Source: Candidatus Latescibacterota bacterium
Lineage (GTDB): Bacteria > Latescibacterota > UBA2968 > UBA8231
Reading direction: 5' to 3'
Assembly (NCBI GenBank): GCA_965215195.1
Contig: CBDCDC010000002.1
Location: forward strand, 576,001-640,000
DNA: 64,000 bases
In this document: in pieces, positions 48,043-57,276 of the stretch
Position numbering within the stretch: the stretch's first letter is position 1
Layout of the letters: each line of letters opens with the position of its first letter
The notes under the pieces: model-generated
Seen by the model: the letters and a program-made list of their open reading frames with translations, nothing else
Databases searched by the model: none
What the model was told of the DNA's origin: nothing
Made by a program: the position numbers and the translations under genes

Positions 48043-48908
48043 CAGCTAAACACATTTTGACAACGGTCTTGCTGGCGACCCTCGCCTTTGGTCCGCTCGG
48101 GTGCGCCGCTAGGTTGCAGTCTGCGCTGGTGGGGTCCCTGATAGAGGACGTCAGTGCGGCCACAGCTCGCCACGACGACTTGGATTTGGTCGCCTCGGGC
48201 GTACCTACCTTTCTGCTCTTATTAGAGGGGCTGCTGGTGGCCAATCCCCAAGACCCGCAATTGCTCTCAAGGGCCGCTGAGACCTATGCTTCCTACGCCA
48301 CTTTGGTCGAAGTCGATGATCCCCAACGGGCCAAGCACCTGTACCACCGGGCCAAAGTGTACGGTCTCAAAGCCCTCTCTCTACGCCTTAGTAAGCCAGA
48401 CTTGCTCCAAGCACCGTATGCTGAATTTATCCGCGTTACCGACGACCTAGAGGCATCAGACCTGCCGGTCGTATTTTGGGCCGCTTCAAGTTGGGGTGCT
48501 TGGATTAGTGCCAATATTGAATCCATGGCAGCACTGGCCGAGTTGCCCAAAGTCATTAAACTTATGCAGTGGATCGTGGCCCAAGACCAGACCTTTCAAT
48601 ACGGGAGTTCCCATGTCTTCTTGGGTTCGTATTACGCAGCCCTGCCGCCGATGTTGGGCGGCGACCCGCAAAAGGCCGCCGAGCACTTCGACCGAGCACT
48701 GGCCATCAGCAAAGGACAGGTGCTCATGGTGTACGTAGCCAAGGCCAAATTCTATGCGCGGAATACTTTTGACCGAGTGCTGTACGAATCCCTGCTCAAC
48801 CAAGCCCTAACCAGCCCGGCGGACGCCGTACCGGAGCTTACCTTGCAAAACATCGCCGCCCAAAAACAGGCGCAGATTCTGCTAGACCAAGCCGATGATT
48901 TCTTTTAA
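48039..48908 (+). CDS. TRAP transporter TatT (TPR lipoprotein) component
   Basis: Lipobox PLGC, LPPMLGGDP, precedes dctP. Confidence 0.85.
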   Translation: MTAKHILTTVLLATLAFGPLGCAARLQSALVGSLIEDVSAATARHDDLDLVASGVPTFLLLLEGLLVANPQDPQLLSRAAETYASYATLVEVDDPQRAKHLYHRAKVYGLKALSLRLSKPDLLQAPYAEFIRVTDDLEASDLPVVFWAASSWGAWISANIESMAALAELPKVIKLMQWIVAQDQTFQYGSSHVFLGSYYAALPPMLGGDPQKAAEHFDRALAISKGQVLMVYVAKAKFYARNTFDRVLYESLLNQALTSPADAVPELTLQNIAAQKQAQILLDQADDFF

Positions 48909-49899
48909 GGGACTTTTTGCAGTCGTCGCCGCTCTCATAGCCAGCCCGGTCGCGGCCCAACCCAATCACCTCCTCAAAATTGCGACGCTCGCCCCAGAGG
49001 GCAGCAGCTATGCCAAGGCCCTCCGCACCATTGACGCGGATGTGCGGCGGGAGACGGGCGGCACCGTGGGGTTCAAAATCTATCCCGGCGGCGTCCAAGG
49101 CGACGAGAAGGTCATCTTGCGCAAGATGCGCATCGGCCAGCTCCACGGCGGAAATTTTGGCGGCCAAGGCATCAGCCAGACCTTCCCCGATGTCCTCGCG
49201 CTGGAAATGCCCTTCCTCTTCGACAGCTATGACGAAGTAGATTACGTACTCGAGAAAATGGATGCCTTTTATCGGCAGGGATACGAGGAACAAGGCTATG
49301 TCTTGCTCGGTTGGGCCGACATCGGCTTTGTCCACATTCTTTCGCAGCAACCCGTAGCTACGGTTGCGGACATGCACACCCAAAAGGTATGGCAGCTACC
49401 CGACGAACCGCTTACCTCCGTGCTTTTCCGCCTAGCCGGCGTCACCTCGGTTCCCCTAAACATCCCGGATGTCCTCCTCGGGTTGCAGACCAACCTAATC
49501 GACGTGGTGTATGCCTCGCCGTCGGCGACCATCATTCTCCAATGGTTTACTCGCGCAAAATACGTCACCCAACTTCCCATCAACTACACCTTGGGTGCTC
49601 TCTTGATCGACAAGCGAATTTTTGACAAAATTCCCGCCGCCGATCGCGAGCGCATCCACCGCATAGCACAGCAGCACCTGGCCGCCTTGGGACAGCGCAA
49701 CCGCCGAGAAAACAACGAGGCCATGACTGTGTTGCAGGCCAATGGCCTGTCGCTGGTCGAGGTTAGCCCTAAAGATGTAGAGACCTTCAAAAGCCTCGTC
49801 GCCAACGCCGAAGCCGAGCTCGTAGGCCAGGCTTTTTCCCGCGCGGCCCACGAGCAAATAGCGCGACACCTCTACGACTTCCGCCGGGCTTCCCCTTGA
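48895..49899 (+). CDS. dctP: TRAP substrate-binding protein DctP (TatP type)
   Basis: KIATLAPEGS, YPGGVQGDE..RKMRIGQL, LQTNLID. Confidence 0.92.
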   Translation: MISFKGLFAVVAALIASPVAAQPNHLLKIATLAPEGSSYAKALRTIDADVRRETGGTVGFKIYPGGVQGDEKVILRKMRIGQLHGGNFGGQGISQTFPDVLALEMPFLFDSYDEVDYVLEKMDAFYRQGYEEQGYVLLGWADIGFVHILSQQPVATVADMHTQKVWQLPDEPLTSVLFRLAGVTSVPLNIPDVLLGLQTNLIDVVYASPSATIILQWFTRAKYVTQLPINYTLGALLIDKRIFDKIPAADRERIHRIAQQHLAALGQRNRRENNEAMTVLQANGLSLVEVSPKDVETFKSLVANAEAELVGQAFSRAAHEQIARHLYDFRRASP

Positions 49900-50372
49900 G
49901 CGGCCGGTGCTTCCTCCACCGACTTGAAACCGGCTTCCTCGTCCTTTTGGTAACCTGCCTGCTGGTGCTGACTTGCGGGCAGATCCTCATGCGCAACCTG
50001 TTCTCCATCACCTTCTTGGGCAGCGAAAGTCTCGTGCGGCACCTCGTGTTGTGGATTGGGCTGGCGGGTGCTTTGGTGGCCACCCGGCTCGACAAGCACA
50101 TCCGCATTGACGCTGCGTTGCGCCTGCTACCCGCCCGGGTGCGAGCCATTGTCTTGAGCTGCGCGGACTTTTTTGCCGCCGCGCTTTGCGCCTATCTAGC
50201 CTATATTGCTGGGCGCTTCGTGCTCGACGAACGCGCATTCGGCACAATGGCTTTCTTTGCCGTCCCCTCTTGGATCGCCCAACTGTGCTTTCCCCTCGCC
50301 TTTGGCCTGATGGGGCTGCGTTTCCTCTTGCAGGGCAGGCACCGCCGCCGCGCCGCCGCAGATCGCCCGTGA
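49896..50372 (+). CDS. dctQ: TRAP small permease
   Basis: Four TM helices, HIRID. Confidence 0.88.
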   Translation: MSGRCFLHRLETGFLVLLVTCLLVLTCGQILMRNLFSITFLGSESLVRHLVLWIGLAGALVATRLDKHIRIDAALRLLPARVRAIVLSCADFFAAALCAYLAYIAGRFVLDERAFGTMAFFAVPSWIAQLCFPLAFGLMGLRFLLQGRHRRRAAADRP

Positions 50373-51622
50373 GCAGCCTCCTCGCCGCCGTAGCCACCCT
50401 AGCTGGAGTCCCGCTCTTTGTGGTCATCAGCGCGATGGCCCTGTTGCACTTCTCCCTCGCCGAGATCGACTTAACCGTCGTCTTCATCGAGATGTACCGG
50501 TTAGCCGAGACGCCGACCTTAACGGCTATTCCGCTCTTCGCCCTCACCGGTTTCGTCCTCGCCGAAAGCGGGGCACCGGCCCGGCTGGTGCGCTTCTCCC
50601 AAGCCTTGCTCGGCTGGCTGCCAGGCGGTCTGGCCATTATGGCCATTGTCGTCTGCGCCCTCTTCACGGCGTTGACCGGGGCTTCCGGGATGACGATTGT
50701 CGCGCTCGGAGGGCTGCTGTTGCCCGCTCTGCGACAACAGCACCTGCCCGACTCGTTTTCCCTCGGGCTGATTACCACCTCGGGCAGCTTGGGATTGCTC
50801 TTTCCCCCGAGCCTGCCGCTAATCATCTACGGCATCGTATCCGAGACGCCGGTAGATCAGCTTTTCATCGCCGGCATTGCCCCCGGCTTGCTCTTGGTGG
50901 GTGCCCTGTCGTGCTACAGCTTGTTCCAAGGCCGGCGCTGTGCCGCGCCTGAGCGCCCCACCGGGTGGCGGCAATTGCCGCAGGCCTTTGTCGCGTGTAG
51001 TTGGGAGCTTCTGTTGCCGGTGGTGATCTTCGGGGGGATCTACGGGGGGATCATCGCCGTCAGCGAGGCCGCGGCCTTGAGTGCCCTGTACGCTTTAGTG
51101 GTAGTGGTGCTAATCCGCCGCGAGATCTCCATCGGGCAACTGCCGAGGATTATATGCGACAGCATGGTGCTCGTCGGCGGCATTTTCGTCGTCTTGGCCG
51201 CCGCTATGGCCTATACCAATTACCTCGTTGATGCGGAAATTCCAACGCGCTTGCTCGCCTATATAGAGACGCACATCAGCAGCCGCCTGCTCTTTTTAAT
51301 TCTCCTCAATGTGTTTCTGCTGGCGGTTGGCTGTATGATCGACATGTTCTCGGCCCTCCTCATCGTCGTGCCCCTGATTCTGCCCATCGCCCAAGCATAC
51401 GACGTTCACCCCATTCACCTCGGGATCATTTTTTTGACCAACTTGGAAATTGGCTACTCAACGCCGCCGGTCGGGCTCAATCTCTTTATCGCCAGCATTC
51501 GCTTTGAACAGCCCGTCCATCGGCTCTACCGAGTCTCTTTGCCTTTTCTGCTGATTTTGTTGGCTTGCTTGGTCGTGATTACTTACTGGGCTGATTTGAG
51601 TTTGTTTCTCGTTGAGTCTTAA
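50369..51622 (+). CDS. dctM: TRAP large permease
   Basis: AIPLF, FTALTGASG, GLLFPPSLP, TPPVGLNLF; GTGA overlap. Confidence 0.93.
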   Translation: MSSLLAAVATLAGVPLFVVISAMALLHFSLAEIDLTVVFIEMYRLAETPTLTAIPLFALTGFVLAESGAPARLVRFSQALLGWLPGGLAIMAIVVCALFTALTGASGMTIVALGGLLLPALRQQHLPDSFSLGLITTSGSLGLLFPPSLPLIIYGIVSETPVDQLFIAGIAPGLLLVGALSCYSLFQGRRCAAPERPTGWRQLPQAFVACSWELLLPVVIFGGIYGGIIAVSEAAALSALYALVVVVLIRREISIGQLPRIICDSMVLVGGIFVVLAAAMAYTNYLVDAEIPTRLLAYIETHISSRLLFLILLNVFLLAVGCMIDMFSALLIVVPLILPIAQAYDVHPIHLGIIFLTNLEIGYSTPPVGLNLFIASIRFEQPVHRLYRVSLPFLLILLACLVVITYWADLSLFLVES

Positions 51623-51677
51623 ATGTTGCTTGGCTCCGCAGGCCAAGGGCTGATGCACTGTTTTCACGGGCGCATTT

Positions 51678-51705
51678 TATTTACATATTAATCTTTATAT
51701 GGCGT
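51678..51705 (-). other. dif-like site S5
   Basis: Minus strand ACGCCATATAA-AGATTA-ATATGTAAATA, overlapping the mcrC stop. Confidence 0.5.
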
Positions 51706-52861
51706 TTTCTATTTTGCGGATCACGTGCTGGCCTGCTTGCTCTAGATCTTCGGCTTCAAGATCGTACCCCAGCGTCTGCACGGCCACCGGGCCGACCTCG
51801 AACTGCTCGTCCATATCGCTGCTCGGATAGAGCAAAAAGGCGCGGCGCGTACCGAGCTGCACCGCATAGGCAACCACCTGCTGCACATCGCTTTCCACGG
51901 GACCAGCGGCCTTGTACTTTGCATCAATTACGGCCAGCGGCTGCCCGGTCGCCGCTGAAAACAAGGCCATGTCCAAGCGAAAGGAAAGCCGCTCGGTTCC
52001 CTTGAGTCGCGTGTGGTACTGGGCTTTTAGCTCGACCTTGTGATTGAGCTTGTGGTCAATGAACGCCGTGCAGAACCGCTCGAACAAGGTAGGCATGTGC
52101 AGCAGATACGCCGGCCCTTCCTCGGCCCCCAGCCCCCAAGCCGGGCTTCGCTGTTGGAGCAAGGGATAACACAGGGCATGCATGGGTCGGTAGTCCTCGT
52201 TTAGCCGGTGGTACGGGACGCCGAGGCAATCTGCGGGGCGGATGTGGCGGTACTTTAGCTCGCTCAGCGCCCACCAAGCTCGGCCGACCACTTGCCGAAT
52301 GCTTTCGCGGCGAAAGGCAAAGCGCCGCAGGCCGTCCAGCGCGTTGGCCAAGATGCGGTTGTCGAGGATATCGGGCGTGTGCTCGGCAAACCGACAGTAG
52401 GGGTGAACGCCTAGATAGCTGCGCTCGGGGTACATGCGCCCCCGCACCCACCGACTGAAACCTTCGCGGGTTTGGTAATCCCAAAACAACCCGCGCCGCA
52501 CCCGTTGCAAGACCTTGCGCGCGAGCACCTCGGCCCAAAACTCGTAGATATCCCCCATAGTGGCCGGGACCTTGTACTCGCTGATCTTGGGTAGTTGATA
52601 GGCGTACTCCAGCATGGGCATGAGCAGGGAGCAGCGTATTTTGGGATTGATTTCCAAGGCCGCATCCGCGCCCAACGGCACCACGCCGACATAGCCCCGC
52701 GACCTGAGTTGATAACACTGGCCATTGAGCGGACTGGGAAAGCCGAACTCCAGCTCTTTTGCATATTGGGTGTGCAGGTGCAGGGCCTGCTCAACCGCGA
52801 GCTCGGCAGCCGGAATTGCGGCCACTTCCTCTTCGATCAACTCGTAGCGTCGCACGCCCAA
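51695..52861 (-). CDS. mcrC: McrC-family PD-(D/E)xK restriction subunit
   Basis: GYVG..INPK N-terminus, RLNEDY, MPTLFERF, D...IDAKYK, DVQQVVAY. Confidence 0.9.
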   Translation of the reverse strand: MGVRRYELIEEEVAAIPAAELAVEQALHLHTQYAKELEFGFPSPLNGQCYQLRSRGYVGVVPLGADAALEINPKIRCSLLMPMLEYAYQLPKISEYKVPATMGDIYEFWAEVLARKVLQRVRRGLFWDYQTREGFSRWVRGRMYPERSYLGVHPYCRFAEHTPDILDNRILANALDGLRRFAFRRESIRQVVGRAWWALSELKYRHIRPADCLGVPYHRLNEDYRPMHALCYPLLQQRSPAWGLGAEEGPAYLLHMPTLFERFCTAFIDHKLNHKVELKAQYHTRLKGTERLSFRLDMALFSAATGQPLAVIDAKYKAAGPVESDVQQVVAYAVQLGTRRAFLLYPSSDMDEQFEVGPVAVQTLGYDLEAEDLEQAGQHVIRKIENAI

Positions 52862-54291
52862 TCCTGAAAACGTCCGGCGACCTTGGACCAGCGAAAGCGC
52901 GCCATTTGGTCCGGCCGGTCGAAAAATACCTCCTCTAAATGCGGCTCGACCTCGCCTTGCCAGATGTGCGCCAATGCCGTTGCGACATCGGCGACCATGA
53001 AAAAGGAAATGCCCAGTTCGCAGTCCTCGTCCCCAATGGCTTGATTCACTTCTTTTACTAGCGCGACCAACTTCTCCGAGGGTACGCCCCTCTTTGCGAG
53101 ATGATTTGCTAAGAGCTGATAGTTGGGCCGCAGGCGGACGAAGCTGAATCGCCGCCGCATGGCTTGGTCAACCAAGGCAATTGACCGGTCAGCCGTGTTC
53201 ATCGTGCCGATGAGATAGACGTTGGCCGGGATTGAAAACTCGGGGCCGCCACCGGCCAGCGCAATCGAGCGGTGGCGGTATTCCAACAGGTACATTAGCT
53301 CGCCGAAAACGCGCGCGAGGTTTGCGCGGTTGATTTCGTCGATGATCAGCACGCAGGGCTTTTCTCCGGCTCGGCGCGCCTTGTCGCAAAACCGCAGAAA
53401 GTGCCCGGCGGTCAATTCGTAGTGCAGGGCACCCGCTACCACCTGTGGCCGAATCCCCGCGACGAAATCCTCGTACGCGTACGAGGCGTGGAATTGCACG
53501 AGTTCGCTAAAACCGCCGCCGTCCACCAGATAGCGCGCCAAGCGCTCGGCCAAATACGTCTTGCCAGTGCCGGGCGGGCCGTATAGGATGAGCTGCTGCT
53601 TGCGCCGCAATTGGGCAACCCACCTAGTTAGCTGGTCGGCGCTGTAGCCGGTTTCTGCGGCGAAGGTTTGGGCGTCGTAGCTCGCGTCCACACGGGGGGC
53701 GACACCGCGAGCATGCCGTTCTACAGCCTCTTGTATCTGCTCCATGCGCTGTTCGAGTTCGCTTTCTAAAATGATCGGCTGCAATTGCTCGAGCTCAAAG
53801 GGCCTAACGCGAAGGTCCAAACCCGTTTGACGCAAGAATTTCGGTTGGACGGGCGCACAGCGATACACCCTCAGCACCGTCAACCAAATATCCCCCTTAA
53901 TCCCCGCCCGCCATGCTTCGACAGCTTGCGCTGTCCACGGCGTCAGTTCGGCCGCTAATGCGCCGACCCAAGGAGCATTGGGCAGCTTGAAGTAGCCTGT
54001 GGGCACGGCCAGCGAATCCACCAGCCCCTTCTCTGCCCAGCCCTCGGCTTGCTGCGCGTTGCTAAAATCGTCCGGTGACCACCCGGTGCCCCACCTTCCC
54101 CTAGCGTAAAAACACGCGACGGCGCTTTCCCATAAGGGCACGGCTTTCAGCAGCCGCGTACCGCGCATGATCGCCATGGTTTCACCCGCTACCAGCGCGG
54201 CGACTTCGGGACCTGGACGGCGCAAAAGCCGGTCGTACGGCCCGGTCAAAGGCTTGTCGAAGCGCAGGCGGATGGACTTTAGTGGAGCCAT
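52837..54291 (-). CDS. mcrB: McrB-family AAA+ GTPase
   Basis: GPPGTGKT, VQFHASYAYEDFV, IIDEINRAN, GTMNTADRS, RRRF. Confidence 0.93.
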   Translation of the reverse strand: MAPLKSIRLRFDKPLTGPYDRLLRRPGPEVAALVAGETMAIMRGTRLLKAVPLWESAVACFYARGRWGTGWSPDDFSNAQQAEGWAEKGLVDSLAVPTGYFKLPNAPWVGALAAELTPWTAQAVEAWRAGIKGDIWLTVLRVYRCAPVQPKFLRQTGLDLRVRPFELEQLQPIILESELEQRMEQIQEAVERHARGVAPRVDASYDAQTFAAETGYSADQLTRWVAQLRRKQQLILYGPPGTGKTYLAERLARYLVDGGGFSELVQFHASYAYEDFVAGIRPQVVAGALHYELTAGHFLRFCDKARRAGEKPCVLIIDEINRANLARVFGELMYLLEYRHRSIALAGGGPEFSIPANVYLIGTMNTADRSIALVDQAMRRRFSFVRLRPNYQLLANHLAKRGVPSEKLVALVKEVNQAIGDEDCELGISFFMVADVATALAHIWQGEVEPHLEEVFFDRPDQMARFRWSKVAGRFQDWACDATS

Positions 54292-55796
54292 TGCACATAT
54301 CCTCTATGCAAAATAATAGGCTTGGGCCGCTCTTTTCAAAATCCGGGGGTTTTTTATTTTCTCCCCCACCTCAAGCCCCACAAGGTCCCTTGCCCCGACG
54401 ACTCTCTCTGACCGAGCTAGCGCCCAAACAATGGGTGGGCTTGCTATTGGGTATCGCGGCCCTCGTTTTGGGCTTGGCCGCCCCTTTGGCCGCGCTGCCT
54501 AGCCCAGTGCAAAACGCCCTTGGCATCGCCCTGTTTGCCCTGTTTTTTTGGACTACTGAACCCATACCTATCGCGCTGAGTTCGGCGGGAGTACTCGCCC
54601 TAATCCCGGCTGTTGGCCTACTGAGCTTTGAGCAGAGCCTAGCCCCTTTGGTCTCCAAGACGGTCTGGCTCGTCCTCGCCGGCATGGCCCTGAGCTTGGG
54701 GGTGGCCAAAACGGGCCTCGGCGACGCACTGGCGTCTTGGCTGCAGTCCCGTCTGTCGCAACGCCCCTTCTTCCTCCTTTGCCAATTGCACCTGCTCGGG
54801 CTGGTGGCGGCCTTCCTAATCCCGTCTGGAGTAATCCGCGTCCTGTTCTTGATGCCAATCGGCATCGCCTTGGTCTCGCGCCTGCACGCTCGCCCATCGT
54901 CGCATCTCAAGGCCGCTGTCCTGCTCTCCTTGCTTTGCAGCACGTATTTTGGTGGTTGTGGACTTTTGACCGGCTCGGTGCCCAACTTGGTCTTGGCCGG
55001 CCAATACGAAAAAATACAAGGCGCACCCATATTTTGGGCCACTTGGCTGTATTGGATGTTTCCGGTCATTGGCTTTTTGCGCACGTTGGTATCGCTCGGC
55101 GCGATCTGGCTGCTTTTCGGCCGCCACCTCGGCGCACACGTCACTCAACAGGCCCCTTCCCCGAGCAACGCGCCGCTGACCCGCGTCCAGCGGCGCACCC
55201 TGTACATTCTCCTTGCGGGAGTGGGCTTGTGGGCCACCGACCTCTTGCATCACATCCAACCCGCCTATGTTGGCTTGGGTCTAGTGGTATTGTTCGTCTG
55301 GCCGCGCTGGGGGCCGCTCCATTTTGGCGATTTGCTCAAGGTGCGGTTCGCGCTCCTAGCCTACATTGTCGCTCTGCTCGCGTTGGGCCACGCCTTGGAC
55401 GAGGCCGGATTTAACCACTTGTTCATCGCGGCTTTCGGCGAGTATCTGGCGCTGGAAGAATACGGCTGGCTGGGCAAGCACCTATCGCTTTGTTTGGTCG
55501 CCCTGCCGCTCGATTTCCTGATGGATATCGCCGCAGTGGCCGGCGTGGCGACCATCCCCCTGATAGAGTTGGGTGCCCAGCACGGGATCGCGCCGCTGCC
55601 GGCGGCATTTAGCGTGGCCATGGCCACGACCTTGGCCTTCTTGCCCTATCAGTCAGCGCCTTTCATGGTGGCCTATGGTTTTCGGCAGCTCTCCATGCAG
55701 CAACTCGTCCTCGCCCAAGGCCTCATTTCCACGGCATCCTTGCTCTTGATGTGTCCGCTCAACCTGCTCTATTGGCGGTGGCTCGGGCTAATTTGA
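54282..55796 (+). CDS. SLC13/DASS family anion transporter (start uncertain, probably further downstream)
   Basis: FWTTEPIP, LIPS, LTGSVPN, FLPYQSAP; many TM helices. Confidence 0.85.
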   Translation: MEPLHISSMQNNRLGPLFSKSGGFLFSPPPQAPQGPLPRRLSLTELAPKQWVGLLLGIAALVLGLAAPLAALPSPVQNALGIALFALFFWTTEPIPIALSSAGVLALIPAVGLLSFEQSLAPLVSKTVWLVLAGMALSLGVAKTGLGDALASWLQSRLSQRPFFLLCQLHLLGLVAAFLIPSGVIRVLFLMPIGIALVSRLHARPSSHLKAAVLLSLLCSTYFGGCGLLTGSVPNLVLAGQYEKIQGAPIFWATWLYWMFPVIGFLRTLVSLGAIWLLFGRHLGAHVTQQAPSPSNAPLTRVQRRTLYILLAGVGLWATDLLHHIQPAYVGLGLVVLFVWPRWGPLHFGDLLKVRFALLAYIVALLALGHALDEAGFNHLFIAAFGEYLALEEYGWLGKHLSLCLVALPLDFLMDIAAVAGVATIPLIELGAQHGIAPLPAAFSVAMATTLAFLPYQSAPFMVAYGFRQLSMQQLVLAQGLISTASLLLMCPLNLLYWRWLGLI

Positions 55797-55843
55797 CGCG
55801 CCATTGGCGTTGATGATGCGCAATGCTTATGATACGTCTAGTC

Positions 55844-57271
55844 ATGCCTACGGCCATCGCCAATATCCTCGCCCAGCGCTACGCCAGCCAAGCGATCCAA
55901 GACCTGTGGTCTGAACGCGGTCGCATCGTTCTCGAGCGCGAGCTGTGGATTGCCATTCTCAAAGCACAGCGCGCCCTAAAGCTCGATGTGCCCGCCGCAG
56001 CCATAAGCGCCTACGAGCGCGTCAAAGACCAAGTTGACCTCGAGTCCATCGCTCGCCGCGAAGCCGTTTTGCGGCACGACGTCAAGGCGCGCATCGAAGA
56101 GTTTTGCAGCCTGGCCGGCTGCGAGCACATTCACAAGGGGATGACCAGCCGCGATCTGACCGACAATGTCGAGCAGTACCAGATTCTCCGCTCCTTGCAG
56201 CAAGTGCAGGTCAAGTACGTGGCCCTCCTCCTGCGCCTAGGCCAGCGGGCACTGCAATGGAAGGAGCTGGCGGTCGCCGGCAGGACCCACTACGCGGCCG
56301 CGCAACCCACGACGCTCGGCAAGCGCCTCGCCATGTTCGGCGAGGAAATGCTGGTCGCCTTTGACTGCCTCGACGCGCTAATCCAACGCTATCCCCTGCG
56401 GGGCCTAAAGGGCGCAGTCGGCACAGCCGTCGACCAACTAACTTTGCTCGCCGGCGACGCCGACCAACTCGGCCACCTCCAAGCCTGTGTACGGCACCAC
56501 CTCGGCTTCCAACGGGAACTAGGGGCCGTCGGCCAGATCTATCCCCGCAGCCTCGACTTTGAGGTGCTCAGCTGTCTCTACCAGCTCGGGGCTGGCATTG
56601 CCAATCTGGCCCGTGCCATCCGCCTGATGGCCGGCCACGACATGCTAACCGAAGGCTTTGCGGCCGGGCAGGTCGGCTCTTCGGCCATGCCGCACAAAAT
56701 GAACTCCCGCAGCAGCGAGCGGGTCAATGGGTTGCAGGTCGTCCTCGGCGGCTATGTCCACATGCTCGGCGCACTGGCCGGCGATCAGTGGTTTGAAGGC
56801 GACGTCTCCTGCTCGGTCGTGCGCCGCGTGGCCCTTCCCGATGGGTTCTTCGCCTTTGATGGCATGCTCGAAACCGCGCTCCACATCCTCGACGACATGG
56901 GCGTCTATAAAGCGGTAATTGCCCGCGATCTGGACCGCTATCTGCCCTTCCTCGCCACCACGACGCTGCTGATGGAAGCCGTCCAACGCGGTGCCGGCCG
57001 CGAACAGGCCCACACCGCACTTAGAGAACACGCCCTAGCCGCGGCTATCGCTATGCGCGAACAAGGCCGGAGCACCAGCGAGTTGGCGCGTCGCTTGGGC
57101 GAGGATCCGCGCTTTCCGCTCACTCAAGAGGAAATTGCCGCCACGGTTTCCCAAAGCCGTGGCCTCACGGGCGCGGCCACCCAGCAAGTTGAGCTTTTCG
57201 TCGGCCGGGTAGAAGAATTGGCCGCAGCCCACCCAGAAGCACACGCAATCGAAAAAGGGCGGCTGCTCTGA
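55844..57271 (+). CDS. purB: Adenylosuccinate lyase
   Basis: RHDVKA, HKGMTSRD, GSSAMPHKMN. Confidence 0.95.
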   Translation: MPTAIANILAQRYASQAIQDLWSERGRIVLERELWIAILKAQRALKLDVPAAAISAYERVKDQVDLESIARREAVLRHDVKARIEEFCSLAGCEHIHKGMTSRDLTDNVEQYQILRSLQQVQVKYVALLLRLGQRALQWKELAVAGRTHYAAAQPTTLGKRLAMFGEEMLVAFDCLDALIQRYPLRGLKGAVGTAVDQLTLLAGDADQLGHLQACVRHHLGFQRELGAVGQIYPRSLDFEVLSCLYQLGAGIANLARAIRLMAGHDMLTEGFAAGQVGSSAMPHKMNSRSSERVNGLQVVLGGYVHMLGALAGDQWFEGDVSCSVVRRVALPDGFFAFDGMLETALHILDDMGVYKAVIARDLDRYLPFLATTTLLMEAVQRGAGREQAHTALREHALAAAIAMREQGRSTSELARRLGEDPRFPLTQEEIAATVSQSRGLTGAATQQVELFVGRVEELAAAHPEAHAIEKGRLL

Positions 57272-57276
57272 CCTCC

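Noticed and set aside
54290-54317. dif-like site at the mcrB start (ATATGTGCAAT on minus)
   Set aside because: Only a weak half site; the left arm lacks ATAA.
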